64,000 nt of DNA from positions 2,144,001 to 2,208,000 of the forward strand of contig OY762825.2 in NCBI GenBank assembly GCA_963666425.2, given 5' to 3'. Origin of the DNA: Bacillota bacterium (lineage in GTDB: Bacteria > Bacillota > JAAYKD01). Shown piece by piece: positions 26,832 through 37,127 of the stretch (position 1 is its first letter; each line of letters starts with the position of its first letter). The position numbers were made by a program, and so were the translations under genes. A model generated the notes under the pieces. It had not been told where the DNA came from. It did not search any database and saw only the letters and a program-made list of their open reading frames with translations.

Positions 26832-27428
26832 ATGAGTGATTTGATGAAGCGATATGTTGCCTTGAAAAACCAAGTGATAGAGCGGAAAGAGCAATTTAAA
26901 AAGCTGACTGATTTTATGGAAAACGAAACCGCCTGGCTGACTGCTCCTGCCAGCACGCGCTACCATCTTTGCCGGGACCGCGGTTTGCTCGAACACTCCT
27001 GTAATGTGGCCGAGACAATGTTGAAAATAAAAGCAGCCCTGGCGCCGGAAATATCGGATGAAAGCTGTGTCATCGTTGCGTTGCTGCATGACTTGGGCAA
27101 AGCGGGCATGCCGGGCAATCCTCAATATCTTCCGAATGAGGCAACAGCCAGACAAAAACAATATGGCTATCAAGCCAGCACTCCTTATCACTTTAATAAG
27201 GACCTGACTTATTTGAGTGTACCGGTCAGGAGCCTCTATTTGGCGGGACCTTTAATCAAGTTGAGCGAGGAAGAAGCACAGGCGATTGTTTATCATGACG
27301 GTCAGTACGTAGAAGACAATGCCAGTGTTGCCACCAACGAAAAACCTTTGACGCTGCTGTTGCAATATGCGGATAATTGGTGCGGCTTTGTGGTGGAAGC
27401 CGCTGAGGGTAAGTTCGAGCGTCAATAG
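26832..27428 (+). CDS. HD-domain phosphohydrolase (YhaM-like HD domain without the OB fold)
   Basis: APASTRYH..GLLEHS, LLHDLGK, AIVYHDG, LLQYAD; RBS GGAGG. Confidence 0.82.
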   Translation: MSDLMKRYVALKNQVIERKEQFKKLTDFMENETAWLTAPASTRYHLCRDRGLLEHSCNVAETMLKIKAALAPEISDESCVIVALLHDLGKAGMPGNPQYLPNEATARQKQYGYQASTPYHFNKDLTYLSVPVRSLYLAGPLIKLSEEEAQAIVYHDGQYVEDNASVATNEKPLTLLLQYADNWCGFVVEAAEGKFERQ

Positions 27429-27589
27429 ATGCGAAAGTCGAGCCGATTCAAGTTGGACATCGGAAGGATTTTTGCCAATGAAATGCGAATTAAAAAAGAG
27501 AATTCGTTTTCTGACTCAACTCAGTAACTTTGAGTCAGACTTGTCCGCTGAAAAATCAAAACGAGATAAAAAGAAAGAAGGAACTCAAA

Positions 27590-27892
27590 ATGCAAAAATT
27601 CACACTGGAAGATGTTAAAATTGTGGCAGTGAAATTGGGAATTGATTTTGCGACAGCCGGATATTCAGCCGATGAATATTTAGCCGGACTGCAGGTCGAA
27701 CTGGAACATGGCTTAGTGGATGCCCGCACCAATGTGACAAATGATGATTTATTAACGACTGCAAAAATCGTTCTGGCGCACTTAACGGAGAATACCAGAT
27801 ATTATGATCAGAACGTTGGTTTGGATGCTTGGGAACACGCGCTCGACCAAATCAAAGGCGATACAACGGGCAAAAAAGTCGTTATCCTCTAG
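27590..27892 (+). CDS. Small conserved protein, DUF5661-like
   Basis: GLQVELEHG..TNVTNDD..TAKIVLAHL.E..YY motif (family recalled from memory). Confidence 0.65.
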   Translation: MQKFTLEDVKIVAVKLGIDFATAGYSADEYLAGLQVELEHGLVDARTNVTNDDLLTTAKIVLAHLTENTRYYDQNVGLDAWEHALDQIKGDTTGKKVVIL

Positions 27893-27949
27893 CAAACCCA
27901 TTGGCTTCCTTTCAGTGATTCGCTTCCCATGCCATCGATGCAACGTGCA

Positions 27950-27997
27950 AAAAGACACAGTCTGCAAATGCTTAATCTCTTGCAGACTGTGCCTTTT
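27950..27997 (+). terminator. Intrinsic terminator
   Basis: CACAGTCTGCAA/TTGCAGACTGTG stem followed by CCTTTT. Confidence 0.7.
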
Positions 27998-28252
27998 CCT
28001 TTGTCTCTTGCATTGGATATCGAATGAACAACGAGTTGAAGAAACGATAGGATCCCATTTGTTCACAACCGGTTCATACCTGCCGTGCTGGCAAATGAAG
28101 GAGTTTACACCGTTTTAGTGTAATACTCTGTCATAAGGAAAGGATGCTTTGACCGAAGAAGAGGGAAACCGGTTGAATGTACCTTTCAGACAAGTCATAT
28201 TAACATCACACCGATCCGGCAGCAGCGGTGATTGGAGAAAGGGTATTGTCTC

Positions 28253-28861
28253 ATGCAGGAATCAATGATCGAGTTTATCAATCAATACGGCTATTTCGGA
28301 ATTGCTTTCATGATTTGGCTGGAAACAATCTTTCCGCCCATTCCTTCGGAAGTAATTTTGATTTTTTCTGGTTATCTGATCACCCAGACTGCGATGAGTC
28401 TGCCCTGGGCAGTCCTTTCGGCAACGATTGGCTCTGTGACGGGAGCGGCAGTGCTCTATCTTTTGGGTTATTATTTAGGGAAAAATAAACTGGATCATTT
28501 GCTGGCCGGTATCTGGGGCAAGCGTCTGCATTTCAATCAAGCAGACTTGGCAAAAACAGAGCGGTGGTTCAGCCGTTATCAGGGCAGAGCAGTTTTTCTT
28601 TGCCGCTTTGTGCCGGTCGTGCGCAGTTTGATTTCGATTCCGGCCGGGATTACGAGAATGCAGCCGCTGCTTTTCTTTTCGCTGACGTTTTTGGGCAGTT
28701 TGGGTTGGAACACGATTTTGATTTTATTGGGTCAATCAGCCGGCAGCGCTTGGCAGAACGGTTTGACTTATATTGGTTGGTATTCCAAGGTAGTTTTAGT
28801 TGTGGCGGCAGTCGCAGTTATTTGCTTTGCTTACCGTACCTATCACAGGAAACGGCATTAA
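28253..28861 (+). CDS. DedA family membrane protein
   Basis: LETIFPPIPSEVIL.FSG, WF.RY...AVFLCRFVPVVRSLISIPAG. Confidence 0.93.
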   Translation: MQESMIEFINQYGYFGIAFMIWLETIFPPIPSEVILIFSGYLITQTAMSLPWAVLSATIGSVTGAAVLYLLGYYLGKNKLDHLLAGIWGKRLHFNQADLAKTERWFSRYQGRAVFLCRFVPVVRSLISIPAGITRMQPLLFFSLTFLGSLGWNTILILLGQSAGSAWQNGLTYIGWYSKVVLVVAAVAVICFAYRTYHRKRH

Positions 28862-28896
28862 AGTAAGTTGTTTTTGATTCAAAGATAAAGGAATGA

Positions 28897-30309
28897 ATGA
28901 GCATGGTTTTCAGCAGTATCAGCTTTTTATTTTATTTCTTACCGATTTTATTTCTCTGTTATTACCTGGCTCCCAAACGATTGAAGAATCTGGTCATGAT
29001 CATCGGCAGCCTGGTTTTTTTTGCCTGGGGCGAGATTCGATTTATTCCCGTGATGCTCCTGCTTTCCGTGGAGGACTATATTTGTGGCCGCCTGATGGAA
29101 AAAAACCGTGAAAATGAAAAAAAGAGACGGCTTTTTATGCTGATATCTGTATGCAGCAATTTAAGTGTGCTGGTTTTTTTTAAGTACACCAGCTTTCTGC
29201 TGCAGAATTTCAGCGCTCTGACCGGATTGGCTTTTGCTATACCCAAGATCATTTTACCGATTGGGGTATCGTTTAATTCTTTCCAATCGATTTCTTATGC
29301 GATTGATGTCTACAGAGGAACGACCAATTGTGAGAAATCCTATTATAATTATCTTGCCTACACGACCCTGTTTCCTCAGATCATCGCCGGTCCGATTGTC
29401 CGCTATGTTACCGTCGAGAATGATCTGGATGATCATCAGATGACGCGTGACAGTTTGTCTCTCGGTATGAGGCGCTTCCTGTTAGGTTTAGGTAAGAAAG
29501 TCTTGATTGCCAATAATGTTGGGTTTTTGGCCAATCAGATTGCGGACGGCAGGGCGGGGGTGCCTTCCGTGCTGCTCTATTGGCTCGGTATCACGGCCTA
29601 TACCTTTCAAATCTACTTTGATTTTTCCGGGTATTCCGACATGGCAATCGGATTAGCCCGCGTTTTCGGTTTGACTTTTGACGAGAATTTTAATTTCCCT
29701 TATATTTCACAGAGCATCACTGAATTTTGGCGCCGTTGGCATATTACACTGGGTGCTTGGTTTCGCGATTATGTTTATATCCCAATGGGAGGAAATCGGG
29801 TTTCTGTGCGCCGGCACTTATTCAATTTGTTCGCGGTTTGGGCTTTAACCGGTTTTTGGCACGGAGCATCCTGGAACTTTGTCTTATGGGGATTGTATTA
29901 TGGTTTCCTGCTGATGATCGAGAAATACCTGTTGATGCCAATTTTGAAAAAAATACCTGCTTTCTGCCGCCATGTCTACACGATTCTTTTGGTGATGTTT
30001 GGCTGGGTGATTTTCTATTTTGAAGATTTGCACAGAATGTCCGAATTTTTTCAAGGCATGCTGGGTTTGGCTAAAATCCCACTCTATAATGAACAGAGTT
30101 TATACTATTTATTGAATTACGGCATTATTTTCCTACTGGCAGCCTATTTTTCCACACCGCATTTCAAAAAATACCTGACTTTGGCGGATCATACCGTAAA
30201 ACCACTGCTGGCGGCGGCCACGGCCGGCTTTTATGCGCTGATGTTTTGTGCCTGCATCGCCTATCTTGTCAACAGTACATATAATCCTTTTTTATATTTC
30301 AGATTTTAA
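28897..30309 (+). CDS. MBOAT O-acyltransferase (AlgI/PatA-like)
   Basis: MVFSS..FLFYFLP, FPQIIAGPIVRY, QIYFDFSGYSDMAIG, EFWRRWHI, GFWHGA, YNPFLYFRF. Confidence 0.93.
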   Translation: MSMVFSSISFLFYFLPILFLCYYLAPKRLKNLVMIIGSLVFFAWGEIRFIPVMLLLSVEDYICGRLMEKNRENEKKRRLFMLISVCSNLSVLVFFKYTSFLLQNFSALTGLAFAIPKIILPIGVSFNSFQSISYAIDVYRGTTNCEKSYYNYLAYTTLFPQIIAGPIVRYVTVENDLDDHQMTRDSLSLGMRRFLLGLGKKVLIANNVGFLANQIADGRAGVPSVLLYWLGITAYTFQIYFDFSGYSDMAIGLARVFGLTFDENFNFPYISQSITEFWRRWHITLGAWFRDYVYIPMGGNRVSVRRHLFNLFAVWALTGFWHGASWNFVLWGLYYGFLLMIEKYLLMPILKKIPAFCRHVYTILLVMFGWVIFYFEDLHRMSEFFQGMLGLAKIPLYNEQSLYYLLNYGIIFLLAAYFSTPHFKKYLTLADHTVKPLLAAATAGFYALMFCACIAYLVNSTYNPFLYFRF

Positions 30310-30325
30310 TGAGGACATGAATGAA

Positions 30326-31438
30326 ATGAAAACTACGATGAACAGAACCTTCTTCTACCTGATTTTCCCCCTATGGATCATCATCCTCGCTGCCAATTTT
30401 CTCACGCCTACTTTGGAATTTTCTCAAAATGAAAACCGATATCTGGCACAAATTCCAGAGTTTTCGCTGAGCACTTTACTGAATGGCAGCTATATGGCGA
30501 AATTGGATGAATATGTCAATGACCAATTCGTTTTTCGCGACCACTGGATCAGCTTACAGAGCGATTTGGAATATACCCTAGGTAAGCGGGAGAGCAATGG
30601 TGTTTTTATCGGGAAAAATGTTTTGCTCAGCAAATTAGGCACTGCGAGCCAAGCGAATATTGAGAATAATCTGCAAGGCATGTTGGATTTTTTCGCAGCT
30701 GCTCAAAAGCCGTGTGCTGTCATGTTAGTACCGAGTGCGGCCGAGATCCAGCCGGATAAGCTGCCGCTCTATGCACAGAGCTGGCCGCAGGATCCCCTCA
30801 TTCAGCAGATTTATCAGGCTGCAGCCGGAATGACCGGTATTTCCGTATCGGCTGCCCTGCGCGAGCATGCAGAAGAATACATCTATTATCGCACAGATCA
30901 TCACTGGACGACCTATGGAGCGTATTTAGCTTATCTTGAATATTGCCGCGCATTGGGATTGGTTCCGCTCGAATATCAGGCCGAAACAGTGAGCTGGGAT
31001 TTTAATGGCACCCTCTATTCAAAATCCGGTGTCCGGTTCATCAAACCGGATACGATGGAAGCTTTTCAGAGCGATGCTGCTCTTGGCTGCAGCATCAAAA
31101 CGAATGGGGAGCCTGTCTATTACGATTCCGTCTATTTCCCGCAATATCTGGAAGTCAAAGATCAATACGGCTATTTTCTGGGACAGAACCAGCCGATTGT
31201 AACGCTCTACGGTAATCAGGCTACCGGAAAGAAATTGCTGATGTTCAAGGATTCTTATGCTCATTGCTTGGCGCCGATGCTTCTGCAGTATTATGATGAA
31301 ATCGTTTTGGTAGACCTGCGTTATATCAACAGTGAAATCGGTGATTTGCTGGATATCGAGGAATTTGATCAGGTTTTATTTCTCTACAGTGTTGATACCT
31401 TTGTCAGCAGCAATCAACTGGCAAAACTACAGCAATAG
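30326..31438 (+). CDS. DHHW family protein (AlgJ/AlgX-like acetyltransferase partner)
   Basis: SQNENRYLA, YYRTDHHWT, KDSYA, VDLRY; follows the MBOAT gene. Confidence 0.85.
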   Translation: MKTTMNRTFFYLIFPLWIIILAANFLTPTLEFSQNENRYLAQIPEFSLSTLLNGSYMAKLDEYVNDQFVFRDHWISLQSDLEYTLGKRESNGVFIGKNVLLSKLGTASQANIENNLQGMLDFFAAAQKPCAVMLVPSAAEIQPDKLPLYAQSWPQDPLIQQIYQAAAGMTGISVSAALREHAEEYIYYRTDHHWTTYGAYLAYLEYCRALGLVPLEYQAETVSWDFNGTLYSKSGVRFIKPDTMEAFQSDAALGCSIKTNGEPVYYDSVYFPQYLEVKDQYGYFLGQNQPIVTLYGNQATGKKLLMFKDSYAHCLAPMLLQYYDEIVLVDLRYINSEIGDLLDIEEFDQVLFLYSVDTFVSSNQLAKLQQ

Positions 31439-31502
31439 CTGCAAAAAGAAGGAAACGGTAACGTGGCTGATACAAAGGAGGACCAGCTCCTTCTTTCAAT
31501 AG

Positions 31503-31554
31503 AAAAACCCCTGCAGCAGTTCGTTAGGCTGAACTGCTGCAGGGGTTCTTTTTT
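31503..31554. terminator. Bidirectional terminator
   Basis: AACCCCTGCAGCAGTTC/GAACTGCTGCAGGGGTT arms with flanking A and T runs. Confidence 0.85.
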
Positions 31555-31571
31555 AAATGGCTGCGGGAGCT

Positions 31572-34199
31572 TTATTTGGCTAATTTCCGTTCAATCAACT
31601 TGACGATTTCGACCGCAGGGATGATGCTGATGGCCAGGCACATCGCAACGAGAAATTCCTGTAAGTTGATTTCGGCAAAGCCGAAAGCATTGGCAAGGAA
31701 GGGAACATAAATGACGATAGTAGACATGATGAAAGCTGCACCGGCTGCCAAGAGCAGGTAGCCATTCTGCGAACCCAAACTGAAGATACTGCCGCGTTGG
31801 CTGCGCATATTCAAACTATGGAAAATTTCAACCATATTCATAGTCAGGAAAGCCATGGTGGTGCCGTCGGTGCTGTTGCCGATTTGCCATAACCCGGTTT
31901 CCATATAATCACCGATGAAGTAGGAAGTCAGAATCAGGATCGTCGTCAGAATTCCCTGGTAGATGATATCAAATCCCAAACCGCCGGCAAAAACACCATC
32001 TTTAGAAGAACGCGGCTTACGCTGCATCAAATTCGGTTCGGCTTTTTCCATACCGAGCGCTAGAGCGGGGAAGCAATCGGTTACCAGGTTGACCCAAAGC
32101 AAGTGGGCCGGCTTCAGGATGGTGAATCCCAGCATTGTCGCGATGAAAATACTCAAGACTTCACTCAAGTTGGAGGCGAGTAGGAATTGAATCGCTTTGC
32201 GGATATTATCATAAATCCGGCGTCCCTCTTCCACAGCACCGACGATGGTGGCGAAATTGTCATCGGCTAACACCATATCGGCAACATTTTTCGTGACATC
32301 GGTGCCGGTGATACCCATGCCGATGCCGATATCGGCGTTTTTAATGCTGGGAGCATCGTTGACACCATCGCCGGTCATGGCTGTAATCATGCCGTTTTTA
32401 CGCCAGGCATTGACGATTCTGGTCTTGTGTTCCGGCTGAACCCGCGCATAGACATGATAAGTTTCAATATTCTTTGCCAGTTCTTCGTCGCTCATTTCAT
32501 TCAGTTGAGAACCGGTAATTGTTTGAGAAGCGTCACTGACCAAACCCAATTCTTTGGCAATGGCGACTGCCGTATCATGATGATCACCTGTAATCATCAC
32601 GGTCTGAATCCCTGCTTCATAACAGCGTTCAATCGCGCTTTTCACTTCCGGGCGGACCGGATCGATCATACCGGTCAAGCCGATGAATGTAAGATCCTCT
32701 TCCAAGGTTGTCGGTTCGTAATCGGCAGGCAGCACTGACCACAGCCGGGTTGCACAGCAAAGCACGCGCAGGGCACCGCTTGCTAAGGCTGCATTGGCGT
32801 CAATGACTTGCTGACGCAGCTGATCATTCATCGGCAGATTGACCCCATCTTGGCTGTAGTAAGTGCAATGACTAAGAACAACCTCCGGAGCACCTTTGGT
32901 ATATTGCACAATGCCGTCTTGAGTCTGATGCACCGTGCTCATCATCTTACGGCTGCTGTCGAAGGGAGCTTCCCCGATGCGCGGGTTGGCTGCTTTCAAT
33001 TCTGCCTGCGGTAATTGCTGCACATGAGCAAAAACCACCAAAGCCGCTTCTGTGGGTTCACCGGTAATTAACTCACCTTTTCCGTCGATTTCAGCGTCGT
33101 TACAGAGCGCCATAGCGGTGGCAATGGCTTTGATATCACTGCCAAAGGTATCAACGACTGTCATTCTATTCTGGGTCAGGGTGCCTGTTTTGTCGCTGCA
33201 AATGACTTGAGAGCAGCCAAGTGTCTCCACTGCACTCAGTTTACGGATGATTGCATTCTTCTTGGACATATTGGTGACCCCGATACTCAAGACAATGGTC
33301 ACGACGGCAACAAGACCCTCCGGAATAGCGGCTACTGCCAAACTGACAGCAATCATAAATGTTTCCAGAATCACAGATCCGCTGAAATCGCCCGATTTCA
33401 GTAAAGCGAAGACAAAGATGAAAGCACAAATACCAAGGACAGACCAGCTCAATACGCGGCTTAATTGGGAGAGCTTGATCTGTAAGGGGGTTTCGCCCTC
33501 TTCCGCGTTGGCCAGGGCGTCCGCGATTTTTCCCATTTCGGTGTCCATACCAATATTGGTGATGACAACCTTGCCACGTCCATAAACAATTTCACTGCCC
33601 ATATAGACCATATTTTTACGGTCGCCCAGCGTGATTTCTTTTGCTTCTGCTAATGCTTCAATCTGCTTGGTAACCGGAACACTTTCTCCTGTCAGCGCGG
33701 CTTCTTCCACTTTGAGGCTGGCACAAGCAAGTACGCGGCCATCGGCCGGAACCGCATCGCCGGCTTCCAGCATCACGATATCACCGACAACCAGATCTTC
33801 GCTTTTCAGTTCTGTGATTTTACCGTTGCGCAAGACCTTGCTCATGGCTGCTGACATGGCTTGCAGAGCTTCGATGGCTTTTTCGGCTTTGCTTTCCTGA
33901 TAGACACCTAAAGTAGCATTGATGATGACAACCGTAAGAATAATGAAGACGTCGGCCATACTTTCGCCGGAATAAAAAGAAGTCACCCCGGAAATCGCTG
34001 CCGCAGCCAGCAGAATCAGGATCATTGGATCGCTCATTTGTCCTAAGAATCGCTGCAGTAAGGTTTCTTTTTCGGCTTCCCGCAGCTTGTTTTTTCCTTG
34101 TTCTTCCTGCCGTTTGAGCGCTTCCTGACTGGTTAAGCCTTGTTCTGTTGCATTTACATACTGCAGAACAGAATCTTGATCAGTAGTATAAAATCTCAT
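31572..34199 (-). CDS. Calcium-translocating P-type ATPase (P2A, SERCA/PMR1-like)
   Basis: TGES, AIPEGL, DKTGTLT, KGAPE, TGDGVNDAP, WVNLVTD. Confidence 0.92.
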   Translation of the reverse strand: MRFYTTDQDSVLQYVNATEQGLTSQEALKRQEEQGKNKLREAEKETLLQRFLGQMSDPMILILLAAAAISGVTSFYSGESMADVFIILTVVIINATLGVYQESKAEKAIEALQAMSAAMSKVLRNGKITELKSEDLVVGDIVMLEAGDAVPADGRVLACASLKVEEAALTGESVPVTKQIEALAEAKEITLGDRKNMVYMGSEIVYGRGKVVITNIGMDTEMGKIADALANAEEGETPLQIKLSQLSRVLSWSVLGICAFIFVFALLKSGDFSGSVILETFMIAVSLAVAAIPEGLVAVVTIVLSIGVTNMSKKNAIIRKLSAVETLGCSQVICSDKTGTLTQNRMTVVDTFGSDIKAIATAMALCNDAEIDGKGELITGEPTEAALVVFAHVQQLPQAELKAANPRIGEAPFDSSRKMMSTVHQTQDGIVQYTKGAPEVVLSHCTYYSQDGVNLPMNDQLRQQVIDANAALASGALRVLCCATRLWSVLPADYEPTTLEEDLTFIGLTGMIDPVRPEVKSAIERCYEAGIQTVMITGDHHDTAVAIAKELGLVSDASQTITGSQLNEMSDEELAKNIETYHVYARVQPEHKTRIVNAWRKNGMITAMTGDGVNDAPSIKNADIGIGMGITGTDVTKNVADMVLADDNFATIVGAVEEGRRIYDNIRKAIQFLLASNLSEVLSIFIATMLGFTILKPAHLLWVNLVTDCFPALALGMEKAEPNLMQRKPRSSKDGVFAGGLGFDIIYQGILTTILILTSYFIGDYMETGLWQIGNSTDGTTMAFLTMNMVEIFHSLNMRSQRGSIFSLGSQNGYLLLAAGAAFIMSTIVIYVPFLANAFGFAEINLQEFLVAMCLAISIIPAVEIVKLIERKLAK

Positions 34200-34243
34200 T
34201 GGTAGTTCCCTTCTTTCTTTCATTCGTCGGTTTTGACTGTTTC

Positions 34244-34271
34244 ATTATACTATGAGGAAGTTTTTTGTCAA
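34244..34271 (-). promoter_or_regulatory. Sigma-A promoter of the Ca-type ATPase
   Basis: Minus strand TTGACA-16 nt-TATAAT. Confidence 0.75.
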
Positions 34272-34855
34272 GACTAAGCAACGAGCATATGTTGTAATAG
34301 AACTGATCATAGGTAGCTACTGTGACTATCAACTGATGATAACTATTCAATTTCTGAAAAGAATGCTGTTAAGCATATATACCTAAGTTACTAAACACAT
34401 ATAGTGTCTACTATAAACAAGAAAAAACAAAGTCGGAACTGAAAATAGAGTCATAAAACCTGTTAAAAGAGTGGAAAAAAGTGCAAAATGTGATCTTTGT
34501 GAGTATTGCGATGTCATATTCTGCTCGTAGCACCGCAAATAGAAAAATACCAAATAAAAGTAAGCAATTCGTTTGATAAAGACTGTATATACTTGTGAAA
34601 AGCAGACCGGAGCCGATTTTGCATACATAATTCAGGCAAAGTTAAAGAAGCAGAAAGCGAGAATTTTTTACTGCTCCAAAGCGGGGAGTACTCCGGCGCT
34701 GCGGATTTTTTACAGAAAGTTGAGATAAAAAGTGACGATATTATTTAAAAAAGGACAAGTGCCTATGACTGTAGAATATTAACCTGGAATGATTGTACGG
34801 ATTAAAAGCTGGAAATGAATTTCTATACGAAACAGCAGACAAAAGAGGTGAAAGA

Positions 34856-36814
34856 ATGGATTTTATCTACGAATATGAATTGTGCGCATTGATTTTTCTT
34901 TGCCTCGTTGCGCTTCGCTTTTTCACCCGGCGTTACTTTTCTGTGATGCAGTATAGAGTGTTTGCTGTTATTATAGTAGCAGCAATGATTGTCCTTTTAC
35001 TCGACAGCATCACATGCTATACCATTCAGTACAGCAGTGTCATTCCCAATTGGTTGAATTATCTGCTCTGCCTGCCGATGTTTTTCTCTCTTATCCTACT
35101 GCCTGCCATGTTTTATCTCTATGTGATGATTTTAACGCGCCAGATTAGCTTTGGTCATTATAAATTTATGCTCGTGCGGATGTTCCCCTTTGTTTTAGAG
35201 GAATTATTCCTGCTTTCAACCCCGTGGACTCACCTGATTTTTAGTTTTAACGCGCAGCATACCTATCTGCATGGTGTAGGTTATCGCTTTTTATATTTTT
35301 GTGCCTTCCTCTATATCTTCTTTGCAGCGATCACTGCGGTTTATGATCGGGCGGCAATGAAAAAGGAGCAATTTCATACGATTTTAGTGGTGGTGGTTTT
35401 ATTGACTGCCGGAATCGGTCTGCAATATCTGTTCCCGCGCTTATTGGTCGCAGGTGTTGCCATGGCTTTATCGATACTGATGATGTATCAGACGATGCAG
35501 AACCCCGATGATCTCCTGGATACCATGACTGGGTTGTTGGATCGGCAAGGCTTTTTACTGATTTTACAGGACCGCATCGATGCAGGAAGCAAATTTCAGC
35601 TGATTATCATTTCTTTGGATGAAATGAAAATAACCAACAATTTGGTTGGGCTGAAGAATGGGGATCGCTTACTGCAGGAAATCGCTGGGTTTTTAAAAGC
35701 GTTTTCCGCTAAGCAGCAGGTCTTTCGTATTGATGGCGACGTATTTGCTTTTATAACCGAAAAAGAAGAAGACTGTTTACAGATCGTCGGAGTGATCGCG
35801 CAGCGTTTCACAAATCTATGGCCGATTGGCAATTTAGAACTGAAGCAGGCAGCGACTGTCTGCTATGCTTTGCAGCCGCACGGTGAGAGCACGGCTCAGA
35901 TTTTACAAACACTGGAGTTTGCCTTGCAGCAAACCAAGAGAGCAGGGAAAAATAAGGTATTTGCCATTACTGATGCGATGTCAGCCGATATCCAACGGCA
36001 ATTGGCGATTGAAAGTGCTTTACGCAGAGCGATCGAATTGGATACACTGGAGGTTTTCTACCAACCGATCTACTCCCTGCAGCAGCAGCGTTTTGTTTCG
36101 GCAGAAGCGTTGGTACGGTTATTCGATCCGGTTTTAGGATCGATTGCACCGGATGAATTCATTCCTATCGCAGAAAAGAACGGTCTCGTGGTGCGGATTG
36201 ATGAGATGATTTTAAAGAAAGTCTGCAGTTTCATTGCCAGGTATCAGCCTGACTGCCTGGGCTTGGATGGTGTGGAATTGAATATGTCCATTGTGGATTT
36301 CATGCAGCAGAACTTGGTTTCAAAAGTCAGTAAGATTATTGCGGAATACCGGATCAATCCGGCGCTGCTGCATTTTGAAGTCACCGAATCAATTGCCAGT
36401 GCTTCGGAAACGATGATTGCGGAGCGGATGGGAGAAATGGTTGAATTGGGCGTGAAATTTTCTTTGGATGATTATGGTACCGGTTATGCCAACTTAGCTC
36501 GTTTGATGCATTTACCTTTTTCTACGGTGAAATTGGATAAATCGTTGCTCTGGGATGCTTTTACCAATGAAAAAAATCAGATTATTCTTACAGTTACAGT
36601 CGATATGATTCAGAGTTTAGGCTATGACTTGATCGTAGAAGGAGTAGAAAATTCAGAACACTTAATAAAATTGCAGTGTATTGGTGCTGACAAAGTGCAG
36701 GGTTTCTTCTTTTCCAAGCCTGTGACAGAAAAAGAGCTGGTTTCTTTTCTTGCGAATGATCAATATAATCAAGTAAAGATCAAAGAGCTGCAGGACTTGA
36801 ACGTATCGAAATAA
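34856..36814 (+). CDS. Membrane c-di-GMP phosphodiesterase (multi-TM, degenerate GGDEF, EAL)
   Basis: RIDGDVF (degenerate GGDEF), AEALVR, FEVTE, LDDYGTG, VKLD, VEGVE, QGFFFSKP; RBS GAGGTG. Confidence 0.9.
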   Translation: MDFIYEYELCALIFLCLVALRFFTRRYFSVMQYRVFAVIIVAAMIVLLLDSITCYTIQYSSVIPNWLNYLLCLPMFFSLILLPAMFYLYVMILTRQISFGHYKFMLVRMFPFVLEELFLLSTPWTHLIFSFNAQHTYLHGVGYRFLYFCAFLYIFFAAITAVYDRAAMKKEQFHTILVVVVLLTAGIGLQYLFPRLLVAGVAMALSILMMYQTMQNPDDLLDTMTGLLDRQGFLLILQDRIDAGSKFQLIIISLDEMKITNNLVGLKNGDRLLQEIAGFLKAFSAKQQVFRIDGDVFAFITEKEEDCLQIVGVIAQRFTNLWPIGNLELKQAATVCYALQPHGESTAQILQTLEFALQQTKRAGKNKVFAITDAMSADIQRQLAIESALRRAIELDTLEVFYQPIYSLQQQRFVSAEALVRLFDPVLGSIAPDEFIPIAEKNGLVVRIDEMILKKVCSFIARYQPDCLGLDGVELNMSIVDFMQQNLVSKVSKIIAEYRINPALLHFEVTESIASASETMIAERMGEMVELGVKFSLDDYGTGYANLARLMHLPFSTVKLDKSLLWDAFTNEKNQIILTVTVDMIQSLGYDLIVEGVENSEHLIKLQCIGADKVQGFFFSKPVTEKELVSFLANDQYNQVKIKELQDLNVSK

Positions 36815-37127
36815 GTATAAATATGTTTATGTATGCTGACATTTATCTACTAAATATACAATGCGATTCTGTTTCATTGTGCGGTACTGTCAAAATATGT
36901 CGATGAATAATTATAAATTTGAAATTAATTTGCTATCGAGAAAGGATTATACATCCACATACTAGAATATACTTTCGCTTACAGAAACCAGAGGGGAATG
37001 TTACCCTGTTTTACCAAAAGAATCAGAGCCGATTATCGGTAAAACGGGCTTCGGTATCATATCACGTACAAGATATGATTATATGGCGACCAAGAGCGAA
37101 CAACACAAAAATAAAGGAGAAGTCGCA

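Noticed and set aside
34678-34740. GGGGAGTA resembling a yybP-ykoY (Mn) riboswitch near a P-type ATPase
   Set aside because: Wrong strand for the ATPase, and the remaining conserved elements are not evident
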